A stretch of DNA of 63,787 bases, the filler included, from Peribolospora baueri (Eukaryota): assembly GCA_029717555.1 (NCBI GenBank). It is 3 parts of 3 records of this genome, joined end to end, with 100 filler letters (N's around TTAATTAATTAA, not from the genome) between each part and the next. Parts side by side here need not be neighbours in the genome. Positions count along the whole stretch, not along the records: positions 1 to 21,936 come from JAMDHS010000154.1; positions 22,037 to 43,882 come from JAMDHS010000155.1; 1 more part is not named here. One strand, 5' to 3'. A program made the position numbers and the translations under genes. Under the pieces are notes generated by a model that saw nothing but the letters and a program-made list of their open reading frames with translations, made no database searches and was not told the DNA's origin. Positions 14,731 to 26,584 of the stretch are shown in pieces. Each line of letters starts with the position of its first letter. The stretch's first letter is position 1.

Positions 14731-15612
14731 TCAAAAGAGAAGTGACTCATCAGAACTTGGTACCTCGCAAGACACAGTACAGCAAGCTGAAGGAGCACTA
14801 GGTTCAAGTGTAGCACGTTGAGAACGATATTCACCCTGCTCATAGGTCGTTCCCTCGCCGTGAACGACGCCTCCCCGGTTCTGGCCCGGCAGAGAGAATG
14901 CGTCGGCGCTCAGCTCGCCAGTGTACTCCTCGAAGTCCCGCATGACGTCCTCGCCTAACCCCGTCTGGGTGCTTCCTTCAGGTGCGGGTGATCCTGCCAG
15001 GTTCTCCATCGTCGTCGATTGCTGCGAAAGTACGTCCCCGTCCCGGCGCAGCTCCTGGGTTTGAACCAAGTCGTCGGGCAGGCCTATAGATCCTTCGAAA
15101 GTCTTCGCCTGTTGGGCGATCGCGTCGGTCGTCATCCTCGAAGCGGCTTGCGCGTCGCCATCATCGGACCCCGCTGAAGCTGGCGTTCCGGTGTGAGCGG
15201 TGGGAGGGGACGCGTGCTTGCTATGCGATGGCTGACTCTGAACGAAGAACGAGGCAATCAGAGCGGATACAGCCAAGTCCTTTCACTGACGCCTGTCATT
15301 GGCACTCACTGCTCGATATCGTGCGAGATAGATCTTGAGCACGCGCTCGTAATCGTCAAACCCTAGAGTCCGCATGGCAAACAGAATATCCTCGCCATTG
15401 ATGGTTTTGCGCTTCTCGCTCTGGCACTTGTCGCTCGCCTCGGAGGTGACGAAGGAGATGAACTCGGACACGCACTCCTGCACGCACTCCTTCGCCTCTT
15501 TCGCCACCTTTGCGTTCTCCGGCAGCGCTCCCTTCATAAGGCGGGCGACGTTGGCGATGGGCAAGTCGGAGCCCACGAGGGCCCAGTCAAACGCCTCCGG
15601 CGCGGCGGCCAT
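14731..15612 (-). CDS. HAP3: CCAAT-binding factor subunit B (NF-YB/Hap3-like) with a C-terminal extension
   Basis: Histone fold [78 protein letters not shown] donor near 15310 leads to ORF 14731..15276. The start codon is uncertain. Confidence 0.85.
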
Positions 15613-15729
15613 ATCGGGACAAGCAGCGACAGGGGTATCAGAGGCGAATAGCGGTTCTGCTTTCCTTCCCAATGGGCACCAGCGCCAGTAAATGAGCGCG
15701 GTTGCACCGGCGCGTGGGAATCTCGAATT

Positions 15730-15740
15730 GGGTTAGGGTT
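15730..15740. promoter_or_regulatory. Telo-box (GGGTTAGGGTT) in the short divergent promoter between NF-YB and NDUFS2
   Basis: An 11-bp interstitial telomere-like motif in an intergenic region of under 300 bp between head-to-head genes. Function is inferred. Confidence 0.35.
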
Positions 15741-15893
15741 GGCCGGGCTGACCACCTTTCCCGACCGGCCATGGGCGGAGAAGATCGAAGGTCGGGCAGC
15801 TTGTGGCCATAATCATCATCACACCTCTCTCCTCCTTCCCTCCCTGACCTATTCATTCGACTTCGTCCGGCCACTTTCGCCCGGCAGACAGCC

Positions 15894-17935
15894 ATGACGC
15901 CGTCTCACCTCTTCCGCCGAGCGGTGCCGGCCTCCCGCTCAATCCTTGGCTCCGTCCTTCGAGCGCCTGCGACGAGCCCGAGCGCGCCCGTCAGGCCGTG
16001 CGCCCTGCGAGGTTTGGCAACTGCCACGACTTCTCCGAGCGATCGACCTGCTACTCATGCAACTACGGTGGAGGATCTGCACGAGAAGACGGCGGAGGAG
16101 ATCCTCAGGGAGGCCGGCAATCGGAAGGAGGCGAGCATGAGGCACTTCACTGGTGCGTATCCGATCGGCCCTTGGTTACTTCGGCCCGATGCGGGAAGGG
16201 CAGAAAGCGGCGATCGATGGCCTTGTTCGACCGACTATTGACCCATGGCGTTACCTTTTTGCTCGCTCTAGTCAACTTTGGCCCTCAACATCCCGCCGCT
16301 CACGGCGTGTTGCGACTCATTCTCGAGCTCAACGGCGAAGAGATCCTCCGCGCGGACCCTCACATCGGTCTCCTCCACCGCGGTACGGAGAAGCTGATCG
16401 AGTACAAGACTTACACCCAGGCCCTGCCGTACTTCGACCGCCTCGATTACGTGTCCATGATGACCAACGAGCTCTCTTACACCCTCGCTGTCGAGAAGCT
16501 GCTTAACATTGAGGTGCCGGAGCGGGCCAAGTGGATCAGGACGCTATTCGGCGAGATTACCAGGATTCTCAACCATTGCATGGCCGTCTTGTCTCACGTG
16601 AGCAATCATAATTCGGCTCGATGCAGCAGACCGTTCGTGGTATCCTCATCGATGCGATTTCCATTTTCCCTCAGGTTATGGACGTCGGTGGTCTCACCCC
16701 CTTCCTCTGGGCTTTCGAGGAGCGCGAAAAGTTGATGGAGTTCTACGAGCGCGTCTCTGGCGCTCGTCTCCACGCTGCCTACGTCCGACCGGGTGGCGTC
16801 GCGTTCGATCTTCCGGCTGGCCTGCTCGACGACATTCACAAGTGGGCTACTCAGTTCAGTACCCGCGTGGACGAGATTGAGGAGGTGGTCACGAACAATC
16901 GTATCTGGAAAGGACGCACCATCGGCGTCGGTAAGGTTACCGCTCAGGAGGCGCTCAGCTACGGATTTTCTGGTGTCATGCTTCGCGGTTCCGGCATTCC
17001 GTGGGACATCCGCAAGGTCGCGCCATATGATGCGTACGACAAGGTCGAGTTTGATGTGCCCGTGGGCATCAACGGCGACTGCTACGACCGCTACCTTTGC
17101 CGTGTCGAGGAGTTCAGGCAGAGCTTGCGCATCATTGATCAGGTGAGCGAGCGGACACCGAAAATCCCCCTGATTAGTCTTTGTTCCGCCGTAGATGGCT
17201 CCTGACGCTTGTGATACATCCTCGGATTTGGCATCGTCCTCAGTGCCTGAACAAGATGCCCGCTGGTCAGATCAAGGTGGACGACCACAAGCTTGTCCCG
17301 CCACCGCGTGCGTCTATGAAGGAGAGCATGGAATCGCTCATCCACCATTTCAAGGTGAGTCGCCGTTCGATTAGGGTCTCTTGGCTCTCAAAAGCTTGAA
17401 GCTGATTGACTGGCTTATAACCTGTTCGCTATTTCCTCCGGTAGCTCTTCTCTGAGGGTTACTCCGTCCCGCCTGGAGAGACCTACACTGCCATTGAGGC
17501 GCCCAAGGGAGAGATGGGGGTATACCTCGTCAGCGACGGCACCAACCGGCCATACCGCTGCAAAATCCGCGCTCCTGGTTTTGCTGTGAGTCATTCTGAC
17601 TTCCCTCGCTACTTTATGTTCGGACTGATGCTCAAAGAGCGTTTCCATCACCGCGTGCTTTTCCTAGCACCTTGCTGGCGCCGACTTCATGTCCAGGCAC
17701 CACTTCTTGCCGGTAAGCTCTGACGTCCGAGTCGATTGGATTTGTATGACATTCATGCTGACTTAACGCTTCCTCGTACCCCCTTTCTATCCAGGACATG
17801 GTTGCCATCATCGGGTATGTATGCGCTTTCCTGTCTTTTCCGGACATCGCTTACTTCTCACTGCTCACCGTTCACCATCCATGCTCTTGTCCTCGCAGAA
17901 CCATGGACCTCGTGTTCGGCGAGGTGGACCGTTGA
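15894..17935 (+). CDS. NDUFS2: Mitochondrial complex I 49-kDa subunit, multi-exon
   Basis: Arg/Ala/Ser-rich presequence. Motifs [42 protein letters not shown] and [10 protein letters not shown], and C-terminus [18 protein letters not shown]. Confidence 0.97.
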
Positions 17936-19758
17936 AAGCCAAGTGCTTGGCGAGCGGAGACGACAGGAGGTGAGTAAAGTCGAGCACACTGCTGCCACTT
18001 GGAGGCATTCACTCACGTTACGAGCTCTGCTGATCATTGCTTTTACATGGCACGTTCTCTCAGCACCTTTATCTCCTTTCTGCATTTTTTCCATATCCAT
18101 GTATTCAACTGATCGAGGTGGAACGCTGTTCGTTAGAAGCAGTGCAGACGCAGTACACGACTCCGCTATGTCTCTTCCGCCGTCCAGACATACATTTGCC
18201 CTCTACGTTAAGGAGAGGGTTAGGAGTGGAGATATCTTGAGATCCCAAGAGCGTTTGAGGTCGCCACTCCTCTGCGTGTGTGGCGCTTACGTAACACAGC
18301 GTTGACAAATGCGGTCAGAGTCACAAAGCTTGTCACCACGTCGTAAGAACTGCTTGCTGCTTAGTGAGTCCATGGTACTCCGCTTGCTACTTCGCGCTTG
18401 CCGCCTTTACCGGGCCGCTTCCGGCGACAACTGCTCGGCTGGTGTAGGCAAGAGGAAGAGCGACTCGGGGACTATATGTGGTCAGAGAAGGTGCAGAGGG
18501 GCGGAAAACGTAAGGCCGATGAGAAGCGAAGGTGGAGACGAACTTGGAAGCGCCAAGAATCCTCCACGGTCGTCGGCCGGGGTAACTAGAGTAGCTATCA
18601 GATGACAACAAGAACATCCAATATCGGATCTGCGTCGCTCGGATGTGGACGACGATGACGACGACAATGACGACGACGACGGTTGTTGGCTGAATCGGAC
18701 GCCGCTGTCAGGCCCGCACCGGGAGCAGGGTCGGCGACGAGGAGCGACGACCTCATGATGGAAACCGGGCACCATGTTCCTAACGGTAAGCACGTATGAA
18801 GCCGCATTGAAAACTCCAAGGTCGCTCATTATCTTTGCGAATGAGCGCTGGCAAGGAAAACCGTGAGTTCTTGACACAAACCGGGTCGGGTCGTCTGAGC
18901 TCGTGTATCGATCGTCTCATTCGACTCTGGACGGCCATATGTAGAGACGCAGGTAGCATCCCCTTGGCGACCCTTCCCGTCGCACGGGCCCTTTTTTGAG
19001 TCGGAGGAACGGCAAGTGGTGGTGGTGGTCGTCGTCATTCTTCGTCTCCGAGACCTCTTCTCTTCCCACCACCGTCAGGCGTTGTCCACTCTTTTTCCTT
19101 CCGCCTCCGCTTCTACTCCGCTCCCACTAGAAGCGAGTGGTTGTGGTCTGCATGCGCACCTCAGACTTGACCGTGCCCGCTAACCAGCTGACCAGCTTCC
19201 CGATGCTTCCTATGCGAGATAGCTCGGTCGTCACATCGCCCGAGGATACCGACGTATCGGGTTGATGGCGTAGACTCAGGTCCAGTTCGTCGTAACTGAG
19301 ATGATTGTCGCCGTTCTAGTCGATGCTTCCCCTTGGCATTTCCGCCTTCCCTTGCGCAGCGCTTTAAAAGCAGGTCATCCCAGGTTTGCGAGTCTGAAGA
19401 CTGCACCTTTTTCGTCTCCGGATCGTTCACTGTCATCTCTCCCCCTTCCTTTTCATTGTCTCCCTCCTTCGCTTTCGGACGACAGACGCCCGCCGTCACT
19501 TCAGTTTCCTCCAGGCTGGTCCCTTGTTTGCCGTGCTCTTGTGCATACGTGAGCCAGCCGTTCCCCCCTCGCTGTCAGCTTCTTCTTCCGACCTTGGCTA
19601 ATGACCGAGCTCTTCGTTTGGTTGTCTATGCACGTCTTTCCAGCCTTCCTCCAAGACCAGGTTGTCTGCTTTGTTCTGACCTCTCGCCTCTTCCAACGCC
19701 TAATCTCTTCCTTAAAGGGTAACAGTTGCTCTGTACCAATAACATCCAGTCGGACGTC

Positions 19759-21604
19759 ATGCGCTTCTCCATCTCCCTTGCCCTCGGCTCGCTCCTCTTT
19801 GGCCGACTCGGCATTGACGCCTTCCCCGTGCGTAGGCAGGGCATCTCGGCTTCGATGCAGGCGCCGAGTTCGTCCGTCAACATTGCCAACCCAATCTCGA
19901 GCGGTGCCGGCGCCAATTTCATCACGACGAGCTCCGCCGCCCGAGCGTTGGCGACAGGCGTTTCGAGTTCGAGCATTTCCTCTGGCAATGTAGCTGGCGG
20001 TTCCTTCACCACCAGCGCTGCCGGTAGTATCCAGACGGGCTCGTCCTCGACTTCGTCCCAGGGCGGCGGTTCGGGTTCGGGTTCGGGTTCAAAGACTTCC
20101 CTGGGCTCTCAGGACATCGTCGTACTCCAGTTCGCCAGCGGTGGGTAGCGGGACCCGGGTTTATTTATGCGAAGACAACTTTGCGGACTCTTATCGTCTG
20201 ACGGTATCCTTGCGCATCTCGACAGTGATGGAGCAGCTAGAATCGAACTTCTACAAGCAGGCCATCCAAGCCTTCTCCGCCGAGGAATTTGTCCAATCCG
20301 GCTTCGTCCAAAGCGACGTGGTGACAGAGCTTGTGATGGGCATCCAGCATGATGAATCGATTCATCTGTCGACGCTCCAGACAGTCCTCCATAGCGTCGG
20401 ACAGACGCCCATATCCGCCTGCCAGTTCGACTTTAGTTCGGCCTTGCGGTCGCCTTCCAGCTTCATTGAGACGGCTCGACAGCTCGAGTTTATCGGCACG
20501 AGTGCTTATCTCGGCGGCGCTTCGTTGGTCCAGGACACGAGGTGAGGATACGATATCTGCACTTCCAGGTGATGAGTTCGTTTGCTTTGATGACGGTTCT
20601 TTTGCTTTCCGTACAGTCTCCTGGTCTCCGCCGCCAGCATCCTCTCCGTCGAGGGAAGGCACTCGTCCATGCTCAACGTCCTCAATGGCGGTACCGCCGT
20701 CCCTCAGTCCTTTGACGTCCCCTTGACGTTAGTGCCTAGCTTCACTCGAGATGGCTGTCGTTCCTACCGACTCGTCCTGACCGCCGTCTTCTTCGTCGTA
20801 TACCTGCAGTCCTTCTCAAGTGCTCGCTCTCGCTTCGCCGTTCATCACGGGCGGGTGCGACGTAACCAGTCTCGGCCTCAAAGCCAACACGCCTCTGCAG
20901 CTCTCGGAGGAGCTCGTCCAAACCACGCTCGTCGTGGGCTCCAAGATATCATTTTCTTCTACGAGCGCGCTCAACATTCAGTCGATGGACACGTCCAGCA
21001 TGTTCGTTCAAATGCTCGTCGCGGGCCAGTCGCACGCGATGGTCGTGCCCCTGTCGAATGCAATCATCCCGAAAAGCGTCGACGGTCCCGTTTACATGTT
21101 CTTGACGGTATGTGTTTGTCGTCTTTCTTCAGTTACCTTTGAACAGTCCCTGACCCAACATGTCTCTTTAAGAACTCGGGAACGCCTCTGGCCGCCGACA
21201 TCACCCAGCAGGACTCGACCATCATCGTCGCCGGTAGGTAGCCGTTGTTTATGGCGGCACTCGACGTTAGGCTTCCACTCATCCGTATTTCCATCGCTTT
21301 TTCACTACGTTCCCCTCCAGGTCCTGCTCTCGCCTTTGTTGACACCCAGCCGGACGTGATCTCGGAGCTGCTCATCAAGAGCAACTCCAAGATCCAGAAC
21401 ATCCAGTCGGAGGAAATCATCCAGCAGGAGACGGTCGTCCAGAAGGTGATCGATATTAGCGCGTCGAGTGTCCAAGCCGGCAAGGGCATCGGCAGCAAGG
21501 GCCAGCAGTACAACGGTCTGATCGTCGGCAGCGGCGTCAGCATCAAGGGCTGGAACCTGCCAGGGATGGGTCAGGGCAGCGGGAGCCAGAAGAAAGGCAA
21601 CTGA
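19759..21604 (+). CDS. Secreted ferritin-like (Rds1/Ferritin_2-type) stress protein, multi-exon
   Basis: Signal peptide MRFSISLALGSLLF and a Ser/Gly-rich linker. Motifs DIVVLQFA|..MEQLESNFYKQA, IQHDESIH, ARQLEFIGTSAYLGGA and ILSVEGRH. Confidence 0.85.
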
Positions 21605-21890
21605 GCGCTCGGTCGCTCTCGCCGTTCCAGGTATTTTAAGTGTCCGTCCGTCCCTTTTCATTCCGACCTCCTTCCCTCCCTCGCCTCAGCAGTCCGATGT
21701 CGCTTATGGTCGTGCGGGTTCGCTACCGGGGACCGTCTTGGAGCTGCAACGGCGAGAGGAGGAGCTCGTTGTGTCCGTTTCCCGATCGTACCGACGGGCG
21801 GGAAAAAATTGTGTGCGACATGCTCCGGGAAAGCGTTTGGTGAACGTTCGTAGGATCCTTAATAAGAAATCCAGAGTCACAGTTAGAGAA

Positions 21891-21936
21891 TGTAGATGTC
21901 ATGTGATCTGTCAAGTGACAGGAATATTGTTGTAAC
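21891..21936 (+). mobile_element. Terminus of the same repeated element (TGTAGA...) at the scaffold end
   Basis: TGTAGATGTCATGTGATCTGTCAAGTGACAGGAATATTGTTGTAAC is an inverted match to 1-42. Confidence 0.55.
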
Positions 21937-22036
21937 NNNNNNNNNNNNNNNNNNNNNNNNNNNNNNNNNNNNNNNNNNNNTTAATTAATTAANNNNNNNN
22001 NNNNNNNNNNNNNNNNNNNNNNNNNNNNNNNNNNNN
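21937..22036. other. Artificial scaffold-joining linker
   Basis: 44 N + TTAATTAATTAA (stops in all six frames) + 44 N = exactly 100 bp. Confidence 0.97.
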
Positions 22037-22180
22037 GGCGCTTGCCTGCGTATTGCAATTGAAATATGGGCGGGGGTGAATCTCTTGCAGACGACTTGAA
22101 TGGGAACGGGGTGCTGTAAGCAGTAGAGTAGCCTTGTTGCTACGATCTGCTGAGGCTAAGCCTCTGTTCTAAAGATTTGT
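22037..22180 (+). rRNA. Large-subunit (25S/28S) rRNA, 3' end (partial)
   Basis: TGTAAGCAGTAGAGTAGCCTTGTTGCTACGATCTGCTGAGG...GATTTGT is the conserved fungal LSU 3' terminus. Confidence 0.95.
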
Positions 22181-22613
22181 TCAACTCGGTTGAACTCTTC
22201 TCTCTCTTTCCTTCTCCGCCCCTCGTGAGAAGGGTCTGTCTCTCAGGGGACCCGGTGCTAAAGGGGGGGGGTTGGTTGGGGTGCACACACTTATTATGAC
22301 TCGATCTTTTCTTTTCTTTTCTTTTCTTTTCTCTTCTTCTCTTCTTTTTCGTCTTCGCTGATCCATCCCTCCCCCAGAGAAGGGTCTGTCTGTGCCTGTG
22401 CCTGTGCCTCGGCATGTGTGTTCCTGCACCTGCGACTTCTGGCGGCCTCCCCTGTCCGAAGGCGGCTGTATTTCGAGGGGGGCACATTCGTCACTTGGCG
22501 TGATTCTACTCTGTATGTCCCCGGGCAAGTCATGGTGTTCTCTCGCCCCCTTCCGAACAGATGCTGGCACCTCGGCGATTCCGGACCTCTGCCTCACGGC
22601 CGCTCATTTCTTT
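22181..22613 (+). other. rDNA IGS1 with pyrimidine-rich tracts
   Basis: Lies between the LSU end and 5S. Contains a (TTTTC)n tract at about 22306-22331 and the direct repeat GAGAAGGGTCTGTCT at 22227 and 22377. Confidence 0.8.
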
Positions 22614-22732
22614 ATCTGCGGCCATAGGACCTTGAAAGCACTGCATCCCGTCCGATCTGCAAAGTTAAGCAAGGTACCGTTGAGTCAGTACTGCCGGTGG
22701 GGGACCACGCGGGAATCCTCAATGCTGCAGTT
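22614..22732 (+). rRNA. 5S rRNA, same orientation as the LSU
   Basis: 119 nt, ATCTGCGGCCATAGGACCTTGAAAGCAC...GATCTGCAAAGTTAAGC...GGGGGACCACGCGGGAATCC...GCTGCAGTT. The terminal stem pairs and T-rich terminator tracts follow. Confidence 0.95.
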
Positions 22733-24027
22733 CTTCTTCTTTCTTTTTTCCCCCATTCGGCCTGGCGGTCTCGGCCTTTGGCCCATGTTCTATTGGATCT
22801 CGTCTATCATCTTTGTTTTTATCCTCTCTTTCCTCGGTTTCCATTTTCTTTTCTTCTTTTCAGCTCGATCTACTGTCCCAACTCTTTGTCTCCGTCCGGC
22901 CCGTCTGAGCTCTGACGCTTCTGACCCACGCCTGCATGACGGCCACCACTCCTCCCTGGAAGAGCAATAAGAAGCTCGCGTTCCAGGTGAGCCCTGTGCC
23001 CGCGCGCTGCTTCCCTTCCTCCGGCTGCCGCGCGCCCTTTTTCCTCATCCGTCGCTCCTCTTCTCTCGCAGCGTCATCACAGAGATCAAGGCGGTCGGCG
23101 AAGCTGCAATACGCAGACGCGGTGAGGAATCCCTGGCCATCAGCCGAGCCAGCGGCACCCTTTGACGCCATCTTCTCCGCTCCAGTACTTTCTGATCGTC
23201 GTCCGATCGCATTAATTCTCCACCACGTCGCTGGTCGCCGTCGGCGCGTGGAACTCGCCGCTCTTGAAGGAATTCGGCTTGGAAGGGAAGCTTCATCCCT
23301 ACAATCTTCTGCGCGTACGAGCCGTCGAATGCGCTCCTGCTTTGGGTACAGGGTAAGGTCATCCTATGCCGCAAGTAGAAGGAGGCGCGCGCCAAGGGGG
23401 CCACGCCGTAGCCTCGCTTCGATACGTAGCCGTGCTCTTCTCGACGTGTTCGCGTCGTCGTCTCTGGGCATGATCTCCTTCTCGATCGCAGGCGGTCGGT
23501 CTCGTTCATGCCCGCTCTCTCGTGACCTCCGGTTTTCCTCTCCGTCTCGTCGATCTCACTCGGGCACCGGTCTATCTCGCCTCATCCGTCTTTTTCTTTT
23601 CTTCGTCTCCGCCACGCCCGGTCCCGTGCCTCCTCGCTCATAGGCACGTCATCCTCATCTTCATCGCGATGATCGCTCCCTCCCCCAGTCACTCAGGCGT
23701 TCTTTCGCTCGCATGGCTCAGTTGTCTTTTCGGTTCTCGTCCCTCTTCCCTTCGTTGGGTGCGTTCAGAGACCGTTTGGTCATCCCTAAATGCGAGCCGA
23801 TTTCCGGAAAGGAGGAGGCTGTCAAAGCGTCGCAGAATGTCGCAAAGATCGTTGCAGATGGTGGATCGTCGAAGACCGCTGGGCGTCCGACGTATTTGAT
23901 CAAGAATAGGGCACTGGGAGCCTTCGTCATAAGATGACACGGCAGACGGCAGTTGAGCCACCTCAAAGCCATGTGGGGCCTTTCGCGCCGCGATCATAAC
24001 GCCATCGTTCCCTTGTCGATCAGGAGT

Positions 24028-24726
24028 TCAATCCACCTGGACCCCTTTAGACGATAGCGACGACGGGTACATCCTGGGAGAGTTTCGTTCCGGTCTACAG
24101 GCCAGAAGCTCACAATCCGCGTGTCTGCTCAGCGAGAGCTGAACGACCATCCCACTTCCCCAGTCCCAGTCTTTCTTGCTGGACCCACCCGGCTCCTGCC
24201 CGGCGTGGCGATGGGGAGCCTCCAGGAGGGAGGATGTCGCCGGACAGAGGCGACCGGCGCTAACCGCTCCTTGGCGTGCTCCCTTTCCTTGCCCGAGAGC
24301 GCCGACCGCGGATGTGGCCCGTGTGCGCCGGTTCCTTGCCTGTGCACGTTCCCAGAATTTGGGTTTCCTTCCTCTATGTTTCCGTTCACCTCCGGCGCCG
24401 CAACTATCGCATGCGACTCGGGCTCGGCGCCCCTTTGCATGGACCGCCCGGCCCTTGCTCGAGCGGCCGCCTTGCCAATCGATTTTCGCACTCAGAGCAG
24501 TCAAGGTCGGAGTCTGGAAAGCGACGTGGTGTGGTTCGTTGTACGGAGGCCGTCCACCGTCCATTGCTCGACCAAAGTTTGTATCCTCTTCAGTGTGGTA
24601 GATAGGGTAATCATCCGCTCTGGGCTGCTGTCCTACATCGAGCTTCATAACTGGGTCCGAACCTTGGCCTCGCCTCCTCGTGCGAGATCCCATCTCCCAC
24701 AACGCCTTCGACCACCGATGGTCCAC
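24028..24726 (-). pseudogene. Possible decayed Zn2Cys6 transcription-factor fragment
   Basis: RRARVACDSC followed, in another frame, by CTGKEP. The remaining cysteines are missing. Confidence 0.3.
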
Positions 24727-25684
24727 TCGCGACGTAGAGATTCGCCTATCGAAGCTCGAGACTGGGAAAGGGGCGCGCTGACTGGCGGGATTCCGAGCTC
24801 AGGACGCAAAGACGACGCTTCTTTCCACCACGTCTTGAAAGATCAGCCGGCGACCTATCTCCATCTCCATCCTTGATGGCGGCCTCAGCGGCCCGTGTGC
24901 TCTTATCAAATTGGACAGTAATGATAATCTGTCACAGCCAAAGTCTCGGGTAGCGAGTGAGCAACTCACATTCAGCCGCTCCTCCCATACCTCCGAGTAG
25001 ACGTCGAACGGCGACGTATGTCCTCCCTGGATACGAGTGGCGAATATTTGAATGGGAAGACAACGTGGGAAAAGACAAAAGGCCAAGAAGCAATAGGACG
25101 GGTCGAGAACTTCTAATGCAGTGCCAGGACCCCCCCGGCTGATTCGAGCTACATCTGAGCTCGGATACCTACTTTGCTTTGTCTACTGCGTTGTGTGTAT
25201 ATATATACCCAAGATCTCCCTCTCCGGAACGTCATCGTCAAGCACATACAGCGAGCCGCCCGTTGCGGATATGGAGTCTATGCGAGCGCGCCAACGGAGC
25301 GTCATATCCGAGCCGTTATGGACGCTCATCAGCAGGCCCTCTAAGGGCTGCTCTCATACACATCCGACCAGGGTTGATCAGAGGTTTCGAGGTTGGTTCC
25401 TTTCGGCGGCTTTGTTCGGCTTCGAGGAGCCCCATCGAGTTCGCAGATGAGCCAGAAACCGAGAGCTTCAGCGGGCTGGCAACTAGGTCGGTCAGTGTCT
25501 GGGCCTCAGTCTTCTCAAGTGTCGATTCAGGCAAAAACGATGGGATCCCATTTCTGCCGTGGCCGAGATACATCATTTTGGCGTCCTGGGCCTTCGGTTA
25601 GCCCAACTCAGAGAAACAAGGTGAGAAGTGAATGAATTACCGGGCAGCCAAGGAGAAGAGTAGATTCGGCAAACGCGTCGTTCG

Positions 25685-26584
25685 CTACTTCACTTTTACG
25701 CCATGGCCGTTCTGCTTCCTTCGGACTGCCAAAAGCCGGACGCCAAAGGGTATTCGGTTCGGAACGATTTGTCGGACGGCTGCAGCTGGAGGGATGGACT
25801 GCAACGCTGTTACATCTGCGGCCAATCCGCCAACGAGGGAACGTGGTACTCCTTCAAAGGCTTGCGAGATTGCACCTCGACCGGCAGCGCACGCGGGGCG
25901 GACATCGAGGAGCGAGCCGTGGTCGGAAAGCGCCATACAGCGAAAGAGCACGCCGACCGAGTAGACCTCGGCGAGGAATGGGTCGAGATCCGTGACGTTT
26001 GGCCCGATCTCTGGGGCGGTGAAACCGAAGCATGCCGGGAAGAGCCTTTCGCCGGGTCTGGCGCTCCGTCCAAAATCGCAGAGCTTGAGGCTGGGCTGTC
26101 CTTCCTCCGCGGGCGTGATCAAGAGGTTACTGGGGGCGAGGTCATTGTGTCCAAAACCATGCGAGTGGACGTGCAAGACGGCAGAGACGAGCTGAGCGTA
26201 CCAGTGAGACATGAGCGAGAAGGGGGTGTGTTGGTTTAAATGGTCGTAGAGCGTCGTAGAGTTCACAACCTCCTCCAAGACGATGCCTAGGTTCTCTGGG
26301 GCTTGGCAAACGAAGATGACGATATTCGGGTGCCTCTCGAGGGACGAGAGTGCGCGAGCTTCGCGACGGAAGCACTCGTCGACGTCACGATCATTGCTGA
26401 ACTCCTCGGGGTCTTCTTCGGTGGGGGAATGAACACTGACGATCGGAGTCTTGAGGAGACATCGTTGGAGGATCGCAGTGGTGCCTTTGGTGGCAGGCCT
26501 GAGCTCTGGAATGGCCGGACCTCTGGCGTGAAACCCTGGATCTTCCCACAATGTCATGTCTTCGAGCGGCTGTGCTAGAGGCAA
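25685..26584 (-). CDS. Atypical Ser/Thr protein kinase-like protein, no intron within the domain
   Basis: LLKTP (beta3 Lys), FRREARALSSLERHPNIV, HSHGFGHNDLAPSNLL, LCDFG and TAPE. No canonical Gly-rich loop. First in-frame ATG at 26557. Confidence 0.85.
   Translation of the reverse strand: MPLAQPLEDMTLWEDPGFHARGPAIPELRPATKGTTAILQRCLLKTPIVSVHSPTEEDPEEFSNDRDVDECFRREARALSSLERHPNIVIFVCQAPENLGIVLEEVVNSTTLYDHLNQHTPFSLMSHWYAQLVSAVLHVHSHGFGHNDLAPSNLLITPAEEGQPSLKLCDFGRSARPGERLFPACFGFTAPEIGPNVTDLDPFLAEVYSVGVLFRCMALSDHGSLLDVRPACAAGRGAISQAFEGVPRSLVGGLAADVTALQSIPPAAAVRQIVPNRIPFGVRLLAVRRKQNGHGVKVK

Noticed and set aside
18300..19500. Short ORFs and GAC-rich runs between NDUFS2 and the Rds1-like gene
   Set aside because: No recognisable domain or consistent splice model.
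21981..21992. Palindromic TTAATTAATTAA between N runs (also 43927-43938)
   Set aside because: Six-frame-stop linker used to concatenate scaffolds. It is not biological, so no synteny can be inferred across it.
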